NCBI GenBank assembly: GCA_034435355.1
Contig: DAOTXE010000019.1
Span: 9,026 to 73,025, forward strand
DNA from: Chloroflexota bacterium
GTDB lineage: Bacteria > Chloroflexota > Limnocylindria > Limnocylindrales > CSP1-4
Direction: 5' to 3'
DNA: 64,000 nucleotides
Shown: positions 33,539-42,529 of the stretch, in pieces
Layout: the number at the start of each line of letters is the position of its first letter
Numbering within the stretch: position 1 is the first letter of the stretch
Made by a program: the position numbers and the translations under genes
The notes under the pieces: model-generated
The model's input: only the letters and a program-made list of their open reading frames with translations
What the model was told of the DNA's origin: nothing
The model's database searches: none

Positions 33539-34267
33539 ATGGAAACTCGCATGCGATCGATCGTCGGCTGGGTTCGCCGCCGCCTCATCCCGGCGGCCCT
33601 CACGGCAGCGGGGATCACGCTGCTGGTCGTGGGCCTGCTGACATACGGCTCACCCGCTCCGGCGCCGGCGTCGAGCCCCGCACCCTCGGTGCCATCGTCC
33701 GCTCCGGCGGCGTCCCCGACGCTGATTCCCTTCCCGTCCCCGGCCGCATCGCCTGCCGCGTCGTCCCCGTCGTCCGCTCCGGCGGGGCCGCGCGTCGTCA
33801 CGCGGGTGGTCGTGCCCGCCCTGGACATCGACCTGCCAGTCGTCGCCCCCCCGAGCGATCCCACCGCCTTCCCGTACTGCAACGTTGCCGAGTACCTGCC
33901 GGGCCTGAGCCGGCCGGGCTTCCCGGGTACGACCTACCTCTTCGCGCACGCCCGGACCAGCATGTTCCTGCCGCTCCTCCTCCAGTCGAGGATCAACAAC
34001 GGGAACGCGATGCTCGGGATGCTCGTGCAGGTCTACACGAGCGACGACCAGCTCTTCCTGTATGAGATCACGCGCGTCCTGCGCCACCAGTCGCAGCTCT
34101 ACAGCGAGCCCCAGCAGGAGCTGGTGCTTCAGACATCCGAGGGTCCCAGGAAGGGTGTTCCCGGCTATACCGGCCTCGTGCTGATCGTCGTCGCGTCGCC
34201 CCTCAGCTCCGGCCCGGCGGACCATGCCGCGGCACATCCCACGCCGCAGCCGGTCGTCTGCCAGTAG
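33539..34267 (+). CDS. sortase-family-like protein with Ser at the expected catalytic Cys position
   Basis: N-terminal TM helix and a P/S/A-rich linker. TTYLFAHARTSMF is a His-strand-like motif. LVLQTSEGPRKG...LVLIVVA aligns to the TLxTC...R region with Ser replacing Cys. Confidence 0.5.
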   Translation: METRMRSIVGWVRRRLIPAALTAAGITLLVVGLLTYGSPAPAPASSPAPSVPSSAPAASPTLIPFPSPAASPAASSPSSAPAGPRVVTRVVVPALDIDLPVVAPPSDPTAFPYCNVAEYLPGLSRPGFPGTTYLFAHARTSMFLPLLLQSRINNGNAMLGMLVQVYTSDDQLFLYEITRVLRHQSQLYSEPQQELVLQTSEGPRKGVPGYTGLVLIVVASPLSSGPADHAAAHPTPQPVVCQ

Positions 34268-34446
34268 GAGCGACGCGCTCCGCGGTCACCAGCGGGTGCA
34301 GGCCCAGGCGCCGGGCAACCGCCCGGGTCAGCTCCGCCGGGTTCTGGTCCATCTCGGCGAGCACCTCGAGGCCGGCGAACGACCGGGGGCCGCCTTCGCC
34401 CCAGGTCTCGATCCTGAGCCCGATCGCGGCCTCGTTCCCAGGCTCA

Positions 34447-36132
34447 TCAGACGAGGGTGACGGGCTCGCGCTCGGCGCCGTCGCGTCCTTCGGCCCCGTC
34501 GGTGTCATCCCCGCTTCCTCCGGCACCCGCGGGCTCCGATGCGCCCGTCTCGGTCGAGAGCATACGCGGCCGCTCCCGCAGGACGAGCGCCGCGGGGATC
34601 GCGGCCGCGGTCACGCCGGCGGCGACGACGAAGAGCACGACCATCGTCTCGGACGCCTTGCGGGCCGCCCACGCCTCCAGCGCGTCCACGACGAGCGGAT
34701 CGTGGAGCGAGCGTGTTGCGAGCGCAGCCGGGACGATCGCCTTGTACGCGTCCGGCGAGTCGTAGACCTGGGCGGAGAAGCGACTGATCGCGGTCGAGCC
34801 GTACGCCGTCAGGACGGCCAGCCCGACCGCCATCCCGATCATTCTCGCCACCGTGACCGTGGCGCTCGCCGCGCCGAAGCGCTGCCGGCCGACGGCCTCG
34901 ACCGCGGCCGTCGAGCGCGGCGTCACCGTCAGGCCGAAGCCCAGCCCAAAGACGCCCCCGCCCGCGGCGACCGTGGAGAGGTCGACGTCCGCCGTCCAGG
35001 TCCCCATCCAGGCCAGGCCGGCGACGGAGGCGGCCAGCCCGACGAGCGTCACGGCCCGGAGCGACGCGTGGCGCACGAGCCAGCCCGATGCGAGCGCTCC
35101 GACCGCGGTCGCGCCAGCGAGCGCGCCGAGCGCCACGCGCTCCTGATCCGGACCGCCGTACAGGACCCGGTCGACGAACACGGCGGCGCCGACGATCGCG
35201 GTCGCAAACCCGTACCCCGTCAGCAGCGAGATCAGCGCGGCGGAGCTGAAGACGCGATTCGTGAACAGCCGGGGATCGAGGAATGGGTCGGGCCGCCGGA
35301 GGCCGCGACGCACGGCCGCGATCCCGGCGGCTCCCCCGAGCAGGACCAGCCCGAGCGAGAGGAGCGCCGGGTCGATCCCCAGCGCCTCGTCGACGCCGCC
35401 GGCCTCGCCGAGGAGGGTGACGCCCAGGAGGATCGCCCCGACCGCGAGGGTGAAGAGGAACGCGCCCGTCAGGTCGAGGCGGGACCGCGTCCGCGGCGTG
35501 TCCCAGCCCGCCATGGCCGCCCAGCCGAGGGCGAGCGCCACGATCCCGATCGGGACGTTGACGTAGAAGACCCAGCGCCAGGCCGGCGCGAAGAGCGCGA
35601 GGAGCGGCCCGCCCAGGATCCCGAAACGCGCGAGCGCCGCTTCGGGGCGGACCGTGCCGAGAATCGCGGCGCCCAGGAACGGGCCGGCCGCCATGCCCAG
35701 GAACGTGAGCGCGCCGATGATCCCCAGCGCTCGCGGGCGCGCGTGGCCCTCGTACAGGTGGGACGCCGCGGCCGTCGCCACGGGGACGAGCGCGCCGCCC
35801 CCCAGGGCCTGCACGACCCGCCCGACGATCAGCCCGTTCATGCTCCCGGCGCTTCCGGCAAGCAGCGAGCCGAGCGTGAAGAAGACGAGCGCGCCAAGGA
35901 AGAGGCGGCGGGTTCCCCATTGGTCGGCCAGGCGGCCGGCGAGCGGCATCGTCCCGACGTACACGAGGAGATACGCGTTGATGATCCAGCTTGCGTGGCG
36001 GAGGTCGGTCCAGGAACCGAGGTTCGCGACGATCGCCGGCAGCGCGACCGCCGTGATCATCAGCTCGAGGCCGGCGAGGAACACGCCGGCGGCCAGCACG
36101 GCGAGCAGGACGAGCGCGGCCCGACGGTCCAT
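34447..36132 (-). CDS. MFS transporter (DHA2/EmrB-like, 14-TMS type)
   Basis: GLELMITAVALPAIV...GRLADQWGTRRLF...many TM helices. ATG at 36132. Confidence 0.85.
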   Translation of the reverse strand: MDRRAALVLLAVLAAGVFLAGLELMITAVALPAIVANLGSWTDLRHASWIINAYLLVYVGTMPLAGRLADQWGTRRLFLGALVFFTLGSLLAGSAGSMNGLIVGRVVQALGGGALVPVATAAASHLYEGHARPRALGIIGALTFLGMAAGPFLGAAILGTVRPEAALARFGILGGPLLALFAPAWRWVFYVNVPIGIVALALGWAAMAGWDTPRTRSRLDLTGAFLFTLAVGAILLGVTLLGEAGGVDEALGIDPALLSLGLVLLGGAAGIAAVRRGLRRPDPFLDPRLFTNRVFSSAALISLLTGYGFATAIVGAAVFVDRVLYGGPDQERVALGALAGATAVGALASGWLVRHASLRAVTLVGLAASVAGLAWMGTWTADVDLSTVAAGGGVFGLGFGLTVTPRSTAAVEAVGRQRFGAASATVTVARMIGMAVGLAVLTAYGSTAISRFSAQVYDSPDAYKAIVPAALATRSLHDPLVVDALEAWAARKASETMVVLFVVAAGVTAAAIPAALVLRERPRMLSTETGASEPAGAGGSGDDTDGAEGRDGAEREPVTLV

Positions 36133-36176
36133 GCTTGGAGTGTAGGGGAGGGCTCGCGGGACCGATGCCGGCCGGC

Positions 36177-36680
36177 ATGGAGATCGAGCGCAAGTACCTG
36201 CTCGCGGGCGCGCCGTCCGAAGCCGAGCTGACAGCCCTGGGCGCGCGGCCGAAGCGGATCGAGCAGGTGTACCTGCGATCCGACGACGAGTGGGTGCGGC
36301 GCGTCCGGAAGGTCGAGTCGGACGGCCGGACACGGTACGTCGCGACGATGAAACGCGAGATCGACGGGATCACGAGGGAGGAGCACGAGGACGAGCTCGA
36401 TGCCCTCGCGTACGAACGGATCAGCCGCGAGGAGGCGGACCCCGGGCGCCGCCTGGTCCGGAAGGTGCGCCACGTCTTCGAGTTCGCGGGCCACGTGCTC
36501 GAGCTGGACGTATTCGTGGAGCCACCCGGTCTCGTCCTGCTCGAGATCGAGCTGGAGGACCCCTCGGAGGTGCCCTCGCTTCCGCCGGCCATCGTGGCCC
36601 GGCTCGTGCGCGAGGTCAGCCTGGAGGACGCCTACATGAACCACACGATCGCCATCCGGCCGCCGCCCTCCGATGGGTGA
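36177..36680 (+). CDS. CYTH domain protein (CyaB/ThTPase-like triphosphate tunnel metalloenzyme)
   Basis: MEIERKYLL..., with the ExExK signature at the N-terminus. About 167 aa. Confidence 0.75.
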   Translation: MEIERKYLLAGAPSEAELTALGARPKRIEQVYLRSDDEWVRRVRKVESDGRTRYVATMKREIDGITREEHEDELDALAYERISREEADPGRRLVRKVRHVFEFAGHVLELDVFVEPPGLVLLEIELEDPSEVPSLPPAIVARLVREVSLEDAYMNHTIAIRPPPSDG

Positions 36681-36761
36681 TCAGCCCGCCTCCCGCCGGC
36701 CGCTCGCCTGCGACGAAGTCCCGCTTGACGGAGGGCCTCCGGGCGGGGCACGCTCTGCGCT

Positions 36762-37028
36762 GTGAACGACGCCGACCCGGACCGCGACGAAGAGCTCGAC
36801 CTTCCGCCCGCCGAGGCCGAGCGTGACCGGCGTCGTGACCACGACCTCCGGGCGGCCGAGCGCGAGGGAATGCGCACGGGGCTCGCCAAGCAGTTCAAGC
36901 AGGTGCTGGACACGCAGTTGAAGCGCGCCCGCGAGGCCGAGGACGAGCTGACCATCGACGAGCGTCGAACGCACGAGGCGAAGGGGTCGCACCGCGCTCG
37001 CCGTGGGGCCGGGCACCCGCCCGAGTGA
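36762..37028 (+). CDS. possible small hypothetical protein (88 aa, highly charged)
   Basis: The charged composition MRTGLAKQFKQVLDTQLKRAREAEDELTIDERRTHEAKG is unlike Arg/Pro-rich junk frames. There is no clear RBS. Confidence 0.25.
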   Translation: MNDADPDRDEELDLPPAEAERDRRRDHDLRAAEREGMRTGLAKQFKQVLDTQLKRAREAEDELTIDERRTHEAKGSHRARRGAGHPPE

Positions 37029-37120
37029 GCCGATCCGTTGCCTGTGGCGACGGGACACGCCGCGCCACGCTGACCGCCGGCCGTGCTGCGCGATGATCGC
37101 CGGGACCGCGAGGACGATCC

Positions 37121-37176
37121 TTGACACGTCCGAGCCGCGTGTTTAGGATCAATCTCCCTTTATATAAACACGTGTT
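37121..37176 (+). promoter_or_regulatory. AT-rich promoter/operator island upstream of arsR-PI operon: TTGACA-17-TAGGAT plus CGTGTT half-sites and perfect palindrome AACACGTGTT
   Basis: TTGACA at 37121-37126 and TAGGAT at 37144-37149. CGTGTTTA-N19-TAAACACG is an inverted repeat. AACACGTGTT lies at 37167-37176. TTTATATAAA is embedded. The island is far more AT-rich than its surroundings. Confidence 0.4.
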
Positions 37177-37226
37177 GAGGCGCGCACCGAGCCGCGGCCC
37201 GGCTCGATGAACCCGGGAGGCGCACC

Positions 37227-37574
37227 CTGTCCCCATCGCCGGTCCGGATCCGCGGGACCCTCGCCTCGATCGTCGACCAGCCCGACGACCTGCGCGAGCT
37301 GCGGACCTTTCACCGGGCGCTCGCCGACGTCAACCGGCTCCGGATCGTCCGGCGCCTGGCCGAGACGCCGTCGACCGTCACGGAGCTCATCGACCACGTC
37401 GGGCTCTCCCAGCCCCTGGTGAGCCACCACCTGAAGCGACTCCGCGATGCCGGGCTCGTCGTGACGCGTCGGGCGGGGAGGGAGACGATCTGCTCGCTGC
37501 GGCCCGGAGCCTTCGACGAGGTCGCAGCCCGTGAGCGCGACGTCCTGGGCTATCCACCATCGGTCGTGGGCTGA
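37227..37574 (+). CDS. ArsR/SmtB family transcriptional regulator
   Basis: DVNRLRIVRRLAETPSTVTELIDHVGLSQPLVSHHLKRLRDAGLVVTRRAGRETICSL. No in-frame ATG or GTG lies upstream of the HTH. CTG 37227 sits 7 nt after GGGAGG and is the most plausible start. The ATG at 37207 is out of frame. Confidence 0.65.
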   Translation: MSPSPVRIRGTLASIVDQPDDLRELRTFHRALADVNRLRIVRRLAETPSTVTELIDHVGLSQPLVSHHLKRLRDAGLVVTRRAGRETICSLRPGAFDEVAARERDVLGYPPSVVG

Positions 37575-37584
37575 GGAGCGCGGG

Positions 37585-38250
37585 GTGGCGATCTCGAACG
37601 GCGCACGGGTCCGGATCAAGAAGCTCGGGGAGCCGTTCGCCCTCGCCCTCGGGAGACTGGGGCTGACGCCGGACGGCCTCACCCTCGCCGGGTTCGGCAT
37701 CACGGCGGTCGGGGCGATCCTCCTCGCCGGCCAGCTCTGGCTGGCCGGCGGCGTCGTCGTCCTTGCCGGTGGCGTCTTCGACATGTTCGATGGCACGCTC
37801 GCCCGGGCGACGGGTCGCGTCAGCCGCCTGGGCGCCTTCATGGACAGCGTGTTCGACCGCTGGGGCGAGGCGCTCGTCTACCTCGGCGTCATCGTCGGCT
37901 GCTCGCGTGCCGGCTTCGGGGACGGTCCGTGGCTGGCCGGGGCGGCGATGGCGTCCGCGTTCCTCGTCAGCTACGTCCGCGCGAAGTCGGAGGGCCTGGG
38001 CTTCACGGCCGGGACGGGGATGGCCGCGGTCGGGCTCATGCCGCGCGAAGTCCGCCTCGTCGTGCTCACCCTCGGCCTGGTGCTCGCCGGCGCCGCCGGC
38101 GGCGTCGCGTCCGCGCTCGACGCTGCGGGCTCGATCTTCCTTGCCGCCGCGCTCGCGATCATCGCGGTCGGCGCCACGATCACGGTCATCCAGCGCGTCC
38201 TGCACGTGCGCGGGCAGGCCGCGGCGGAGGCGCGCGAACGCCCGAGCTGA
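37585..38250 (+). CDS. pgsA: CDP-alcohol phosphatidyltransferase (phosphatidylinositol-phosphate synthase-like)
   Basis: [31 protein letters not shown] (D-G-x2-A-R...G-x3-D-x3-D). GAGGAG RBS lies 6 nt before GTG 37585. Confidence 0.85.
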   Translation: MAISNGARVRIKKLGEPFALALGRLGLTPDGLTLAGFGITAVGAILLAGQLWLAGGVVVLAGGVFDMFDGTLARATGRVSRLGAFMDSVFDRWGEALVYLGVIVGCSRAGFGDGPWLAGAAMASAFLVSYVRAKSEGLGFTAGTGMAAVGLMPREVRLVVLTLGLVLAGAAGGVASALDAAGSIFLAAALAIIAVGATITVIQRVLHVRGQAAAEARERPS

Positions 38251-38311
38251 CCACCGAATCATCCTCGATCCACCCATCACCCCATTTCCACCGGAGGCAG
38301 AAGGCAGCCCA

Positions 38312-39574
38312 ATGGCAAAGAAGGACCCGAAGCATGGGAGCACGAACGGCGTGAGCAGCAACGACAACGGCGACGGGGCGAATCCGACCGGCTCCTGGGC
38401 CGGAGCGAAGCGCAGGGACGGCAAGATCCGCGTGGCGATCGTCGGCGTGGGGAACTGCGCCAGCAGCCTCGTCCAGGGGCGCTACTACTACGAGAACGCG
38501 AAGGAGACCGAGGCCGTTCCGGGCCTCATGCACGTCAACCTCGGCGGTTATCACATCCGCGACATCGAGTTCGTGGCGGCCTTCGACATCGACAAGACGA
38601 AGGTCGGGAAGGACCTCTCCGAGGCGATCTACGCCGGCCAGAACAACACCTACGTGTTCCAGCAGGTCCCGCACATCGGCGTGACCGTGGACCGCGGGAT
38701 GACCCACGACGGCCTCGGCAAGTACCTCAGCCAGGTCATCGAGAAGGCGCCCGGCCCGACCGCCGACGTGGTCGGCATCCTGCGCGACCGCGAGGTCGAC
38801 GTGGTGGTCTCCTACCTTCCCGTGGGCAGCGAGGAGGCCACGAAGTGGTACGTCGAGCAGGCCCTCAAGGCCGGCGTCGGCTTCGTGAACGCCATCCCCG
38901 TCTTCATCGGCCGCGAGCCCTACTGGCAGCGCCGGTTCGCCGAGGAAGGCCTTCCGATCATCGGCGACGACATCAAGAGCCAGGTCGGCGCGACGATCAC
39001 GCACCGCGTCATGACGCGTCTCTTCATGGACCGCGGCGTTCGCCTCGACCGGACCTACCAGCTGAACTTCGGCGGCAACACCGACTTCCTGAACATGCTG
39101 GAGCGCGAGCGGCTGGAGTCCAAGAAGATCAGCAAGACGAATGCGGTCACCTCGATGCTCGACTACGAGATGGCCGAGTCCGACATCCACGTCGGCCCGT
39201 CGGACTACGTGCCCTGGCTGAAGGATCGGAAGTACTGCTACATCGTCATGGAGGGCACGACCTACGGCGACGTGCCGCTGAAGGCCGAGCTCAAGCTCGA
39301 GGTCTGGGACAGCCCGAACTCCGCCGGTGTGATCACCGACGCGATCCGCTGCCTGAAGCTCGGCCTGGACCGTGGGCTCAAGGGCACCCTCGTGGCGCCG
39401 TCCAGCTACTTCATGAAGAGCCCGCCGCAGCAGATCCACGACGACATCGCGTTCAACCGCGTCGAAGCGTTCATCCGCGGCGATGACAACGAGACGCTGG
39501 TCGGGACCGAGAAGCCGGTGGCCCGGAATCTCCGGACGGTCGCCAGGGCCGCCGCCAGGGCTGCCGCGAAGTGA
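38312..39574 (+). CDS. ino1: myo-inositol-1-phosphate synthase
   Basis: [18 protein letters not shown]...[14 protein letters not shown]...[11 protein letters not shown]. This looks like the actinobacterial/archaeal type of Ino1. Confidence 0.95.
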   Translation: MAKKDPKHGSTNGVSSNDNGDGANPTGSWAGAKRRDGKIRVAIVGVGNCASSLVQGRYYYENAKETEAVPGLMHVNLGGYHIRDIEFVAAFDIDKTKVGKDLSEAIYAGQNNTYVFQQVPHIGVTVDRGMTHDGLGKYLSQVIEKAPGPTADVVGILRDREVDVVVSYLPVGSEEATKWYVEQALKAGVGFVNAIPVFIGREPYWQRRFAEEGLPIIGDDIKSQVGATITHRVMTRLFMDRGVRLDRTYQLNFGGNTDFLNMLERERLESKKISKTNAVTSMLDYEMAESDIHVGPSDYVPWLKDRKYCYIVMEGTTYGDVPLKAELKLEVWDSPNSAGVITDAIRCLKLGLDRGLKGTLVAPSSYFMKSPPQQIHDDIAFNRVEAFIRGDDNETLVGTEKPVARNLRTVARAAARAAAK

Positions 39575-40674
39575 CATTGGTCCCCGGTGCTCCCGGCGCC
39601 ACCGACCGGGTGCCGGGACCCGAGGCCCGGGCCGGGTCCCGCGCCACCCCCGGAGCCCTCCGGGCTCCCCATCGCAGGGAGGCCGAGGGGCGGCGCATCC
39701 GGGCACGGATCGCCGTGCTCGCGTACCGCGCGGGAGCGTGGGTCCTCGCCCGCCTCCCGCTCGGGCCGGCGACGCGCGTCGGCGGGTGGATCGCGGTGGG
39801 CCTGTACTGGGCGTGGCCAGCCCGGCGACGGTACGTCCGCGCCAACGCGGCCCACGTCCTCGGCATCCCGCGGGGCGATCCCCGGGTCGGGCGGCTTGCC
39901 CGGGCGGTCTACCGGAACCAGGTCCGCTGGGTCCTCGAGCTGATGCGCCTGTCGCGGATGTCACAGGCACAGCGGATCGCCCAGATCTCCGAGACCGGCG
40001 CCGAGCCGTTCCACCGGACGTGGCTCGAGTCGAAGGGCCTGATCGTCGTGGGCGCGCACCTCGGCAACAACGAGGCAGCCGCGGCCGGCCTCGCCGGGCG
40101 CGGCTGGCCGATGCACGCCGTCGCCGACGACACTGCCTACGAGGAGCTGTTCGAACACCTCGACCGTGAGCGACGCAGCTGGGGCGTCGGGCAGATCCCG
40201 TGGCGGAATCTCCGGGAGGTCTTCCGGGTCCTCCACCGGCACGAGATCGTCGCGCTGCTGGTTGACTGGGGCTACCGGCCGGACGGCATCCCGGTCCGCT
40301 TCTTCGGCGCCTGGACCCGGTTCCCGGCCGGGCCCGCCGTCCTGGCGGCCAGGACGGGCGCGGCAATCCTCCCGTTCTGGGTGATCCGCACCGATGGCCG
40401 CCATCTCACGAACGTGGGGTCGACGATCACGGCGGCGTCGGACGAGCCGGCCGAGATCGTCCGAGCGACGCAGGAGATCGCCACCGCGATCGAGGCCGGC
40501 ATCCGGCTGGCGCCCGAGCAGTGGTGCGTGTTCAAGCCCATGTGGCCGGACGATCCCGCCGAGATCGCCCGGCTCGAGTCGCTCGGCGGGATGGCGCCCG
40601 GGGCCGTTTCGGCACCCGGCGCGCCCACCGGTTCCGGTTCGGCGCCGGCGGGCGAGCCGGTGGCGGAAGCATGA
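39571..40674 (+). CDS. lysophospholipid/lipid A-type acyltransferase (LPLAT, HtrB/PatA-like) 1
   Basis: [13 protein letters not shown]...[20 protein letters not shown]...HAVAD matches the LPLAT fold. GTGA overlap with ino1. Confidence 0.75.
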   Translation: MTLVPGAPGATDRVPGPEARAGSRATPGALRAPHRREAEGRRIRARIAVLAYRAGAWVLARLPLGPATRVGGWIAVGLYWAWPARRRYVRANAAHVLGIPRGDPRVGRLARAVYRNQVRWVLELMRLSRMSQAQRIAQISETGAEPFHRTWLESKGLIVVGAHLGNNEAAAAGLAGRGWPMHAVADDTAYEELFEHLDRERRSWGVGQIPWRNLREVFRVLHRHEIVALLVDWGYRPDGIPVRFFGAWTRFPAGPAVLAARTGAAILPFWVIRTDGRHLTNVGSTITAASDEPAEIVRATQEIATAIEAGIRLAPEQWCVFKPMWPDDPAEIARLESLGGMAPGAVSAPGAPTGSGSAPAGEPVAEA

Positions 40675-41660
40675 GCGGCCCACGGGCAGCCGGCGCCCCG
40701 CGTCGCCCCACGGCGATCCAGCGGCTGCGCGTCGGTCTCCTCGACGTCGTCAGCTGGCTTGCGACACGCCTGCCCGCAGCCGTGGCCGGAGGGCTCGCGG
40801 ACGCGGTCGGCGAGCTCTGGTACCGGGCGACGCCGGCGCGGGCCGCCCAGGCGCGGGCGAACCTCGGGCGCGTCGTCGCGCACCTCGCCGCAACGGGGAT
40901 GGCGGGAGCCCGGGCGCAGGCCGCCGCGGACGATCCCGCTGCGCTGGAGCGCCTGGTCCGGGCCGCCTACCGGCATGCAGCCAGGACGTACGCGGAGCTG
41001 ATCCGGGGGGCAGCCGTGGTCCGCGAGGCACCGGCTCGAACCCGCATCGAGACGCCCGCCGCGGTCGACGCCGCCTTCGGCGTCCGGCCCGCGATCTTTG
41101 CCTCCCTCCACTTCGGGTCGCTCCAGGCGACCGAGGCCATCCTGCTCACCCGCCTCGACACGCCGATCACCGCGCCCATGGAGACGCTCGACGACCCGGC
41201 GCTGCAGGCGTTCGTGGCACGGGCCCGCTCCGCCTCGGGCGTTCGCCTCGTCACGCTCGACGCGGCACGGCGCGAGCTCCGCGCGGCGCTCGGCCGGGGC
41301 GAGCTCGTCGGCGTCATCGGCGACCGCGACATCATCGGGGGCGGTGTCTCCGTCCCGTTCTTCGGATCGCCCGCGCCGCTGCCCGTCGGGGCCGCCCTCC
41401 TCGCCCTCGAGTCGGGAGCCCCGATCCACGTCGCGGCCGTTCGCCGTCTCCGCGGGGAGCGCTATGCCGGCCGGCTCGAGACGATCGCGCCGCCGAGCGG
41501 CGCCCTCGCCGCCGGGCCGGGCGCCCGTCGCGCCAGAGTCGAGGCCCTTCTTGCCGACGAGGTCGCCGTGTTCGAGCGTTTCATCGCCGACGCCCCCGAA
41601 CAGTGGTGGGCCGTCTTCTTCCCGATCTGGCCGGATCTCGGCCTGGCGGCCCGGCCGTGA
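40671..41660 (+). CDS. lysophospholipid/lipid A-type acyltransferase (LPLAT) 2
   Basis: This is a paralogue of the upstream gene: FASLHFGSLQATEAI...GELVGVIGDRDIIGGGVSVPFFGSPAPLPVGAALLALESGAPIHVAAV. ATGA overlap. Confidence 0.8.
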   Translation: MSGPRAAGAPRRPTAIQRLRVGLLDVVSWLATRLPAAVAGGLADAVGELWYRATPARAAQARANLGRVVAHLAATGMAGARAQAAADDPAALERLVRAAYRHAARTYAELIRGAAVVREAPARTRIETPAAVDAAFGVRPAIFASLHFGSLQATEAILLTRLDTPITAPMETLDDPALQAFVARARSASGVRLVTLDAARRELRAALGRGELVGVIGDRDIIGGGVSVPFFGSPAPLPVGAALLALESGAPIHVAAVRRLRGERYAGRLETIAPPSGALAAGPGARRARVEALLADEVAVFERFIADAPEQWWAVFFPIWPDLGLAARP

Positions 41661-42529
41661 GCGACGGCGGAACGACGCTGCGATCGGTCGGCGGACCCGA
41701 CCCGTCGGAGCCGCACGGCCGCGCCGACCTGCACGTCCACAGCCTCGCCTCGGACGGGCTCGACGACATCGAGACGATCCTCGCCCACGTGCTGGCGACG
41801 GAGGACCTCGACGTCCTCGGCATCGCGGACCACGAGCGGATCGACGGTGCGATCGCGGCCCGCGCGATGGCCCGGGCGCGGGGCCTCCGCCTGGAGATCG
41901 TCGTCGGCGAGGAGATCACGACGCTCGAGGGACATCTCCTGGCCCTCTTCCTCGAGGAGCGGGTGAGGCCCTTCCGCTCGATGCGGACGACGATCGGCGA
42001 GGTCCACGAGCAGGGCGGCCTCGCGATCCCGGCCCACCCACTGTTCCCCTACCCGCTCTGCGCGCAGGGCTGGACGCTCCGGCGACTCGTGACCGCCGGC
42101 GATGCGCGCGTCCGGCCCGACGCGCTGGAGGCATTCAACCCCACGACATTCGGTCGGCTCGTGCACGACCGGGTCGGCGCGTTCGCCACGGCGCACGGCC
42201 TGGCGACGGTCGGCAACAGCGACGCCCACGAGGCAGCCGCGATCGGCACCGGGTTCACCACGTTCCCCGGACGAACCGCCGACGACGTGCGGGCGGCGAT
42301 CATCGCCGGGACGACCGGCTGGGAGGGATCCTTCCACCGGACCACCTCGCAGCTTCCGACCTTCGGGAGGCAGCTCCGCAAGTACAGCCGCGACATGCGC
42401 GCGGAGGTTGGCGGCCGCGTGCGGCGCGATGGCACCGGCCGCGACCTGGGCTACCCGGGCGGCCGCTTCCGGCCGCCCCGCCCCGAGCACGCCGGGAGCG
42501 GCGCGCCCCCTCACGAGGACGCGCCGTGA
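41657..42529 (+). CDS. PHP-domain metal-dependent phosphoesterase
   Basis: ADLHVHSLASDGLDDIETILAHV...LDVLGIADHERIDG...VGNSDAHE are PHP His/Asp motifs. GTGA overlaps on both sides. Confidence 0.8.
   Translation: MSDGGTTLRSVGGPDPSEPHGRADLHVHSLASDGLDDIETILAHVLATEDLDVLGIADHERIDGAIAARAMARARGLRLEIVVGEEITTLEGHLLALFLEERVRPFRSMRTTIGEVHEQGGLAIPAHPLFPYPLCAQGWTLRRLVTAGDARVRPDALEAFNPTTFGRLVHDRVGAFATAHGLATVGNSDAHEAAAIGTGFTTFPGRTADDVRAAIIAGTTGWEGSFHRTTSQLPTFGRQLRKYSRDMRAEVGGRVRRDGTGRDLGYPGGRFRPPRPEHAGSGAPPHEDAP

Noticed and set aside
37207-37422. 71-aa ORF starting at ATG 37207 as the arsR start
   Set aside because: It is in the +1 frame relative to the ArsR HTH. Its translation is Ser/Pro/Arg-rich and has no HTH. 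I kept it only as a possible indicator of a sequencing indel.
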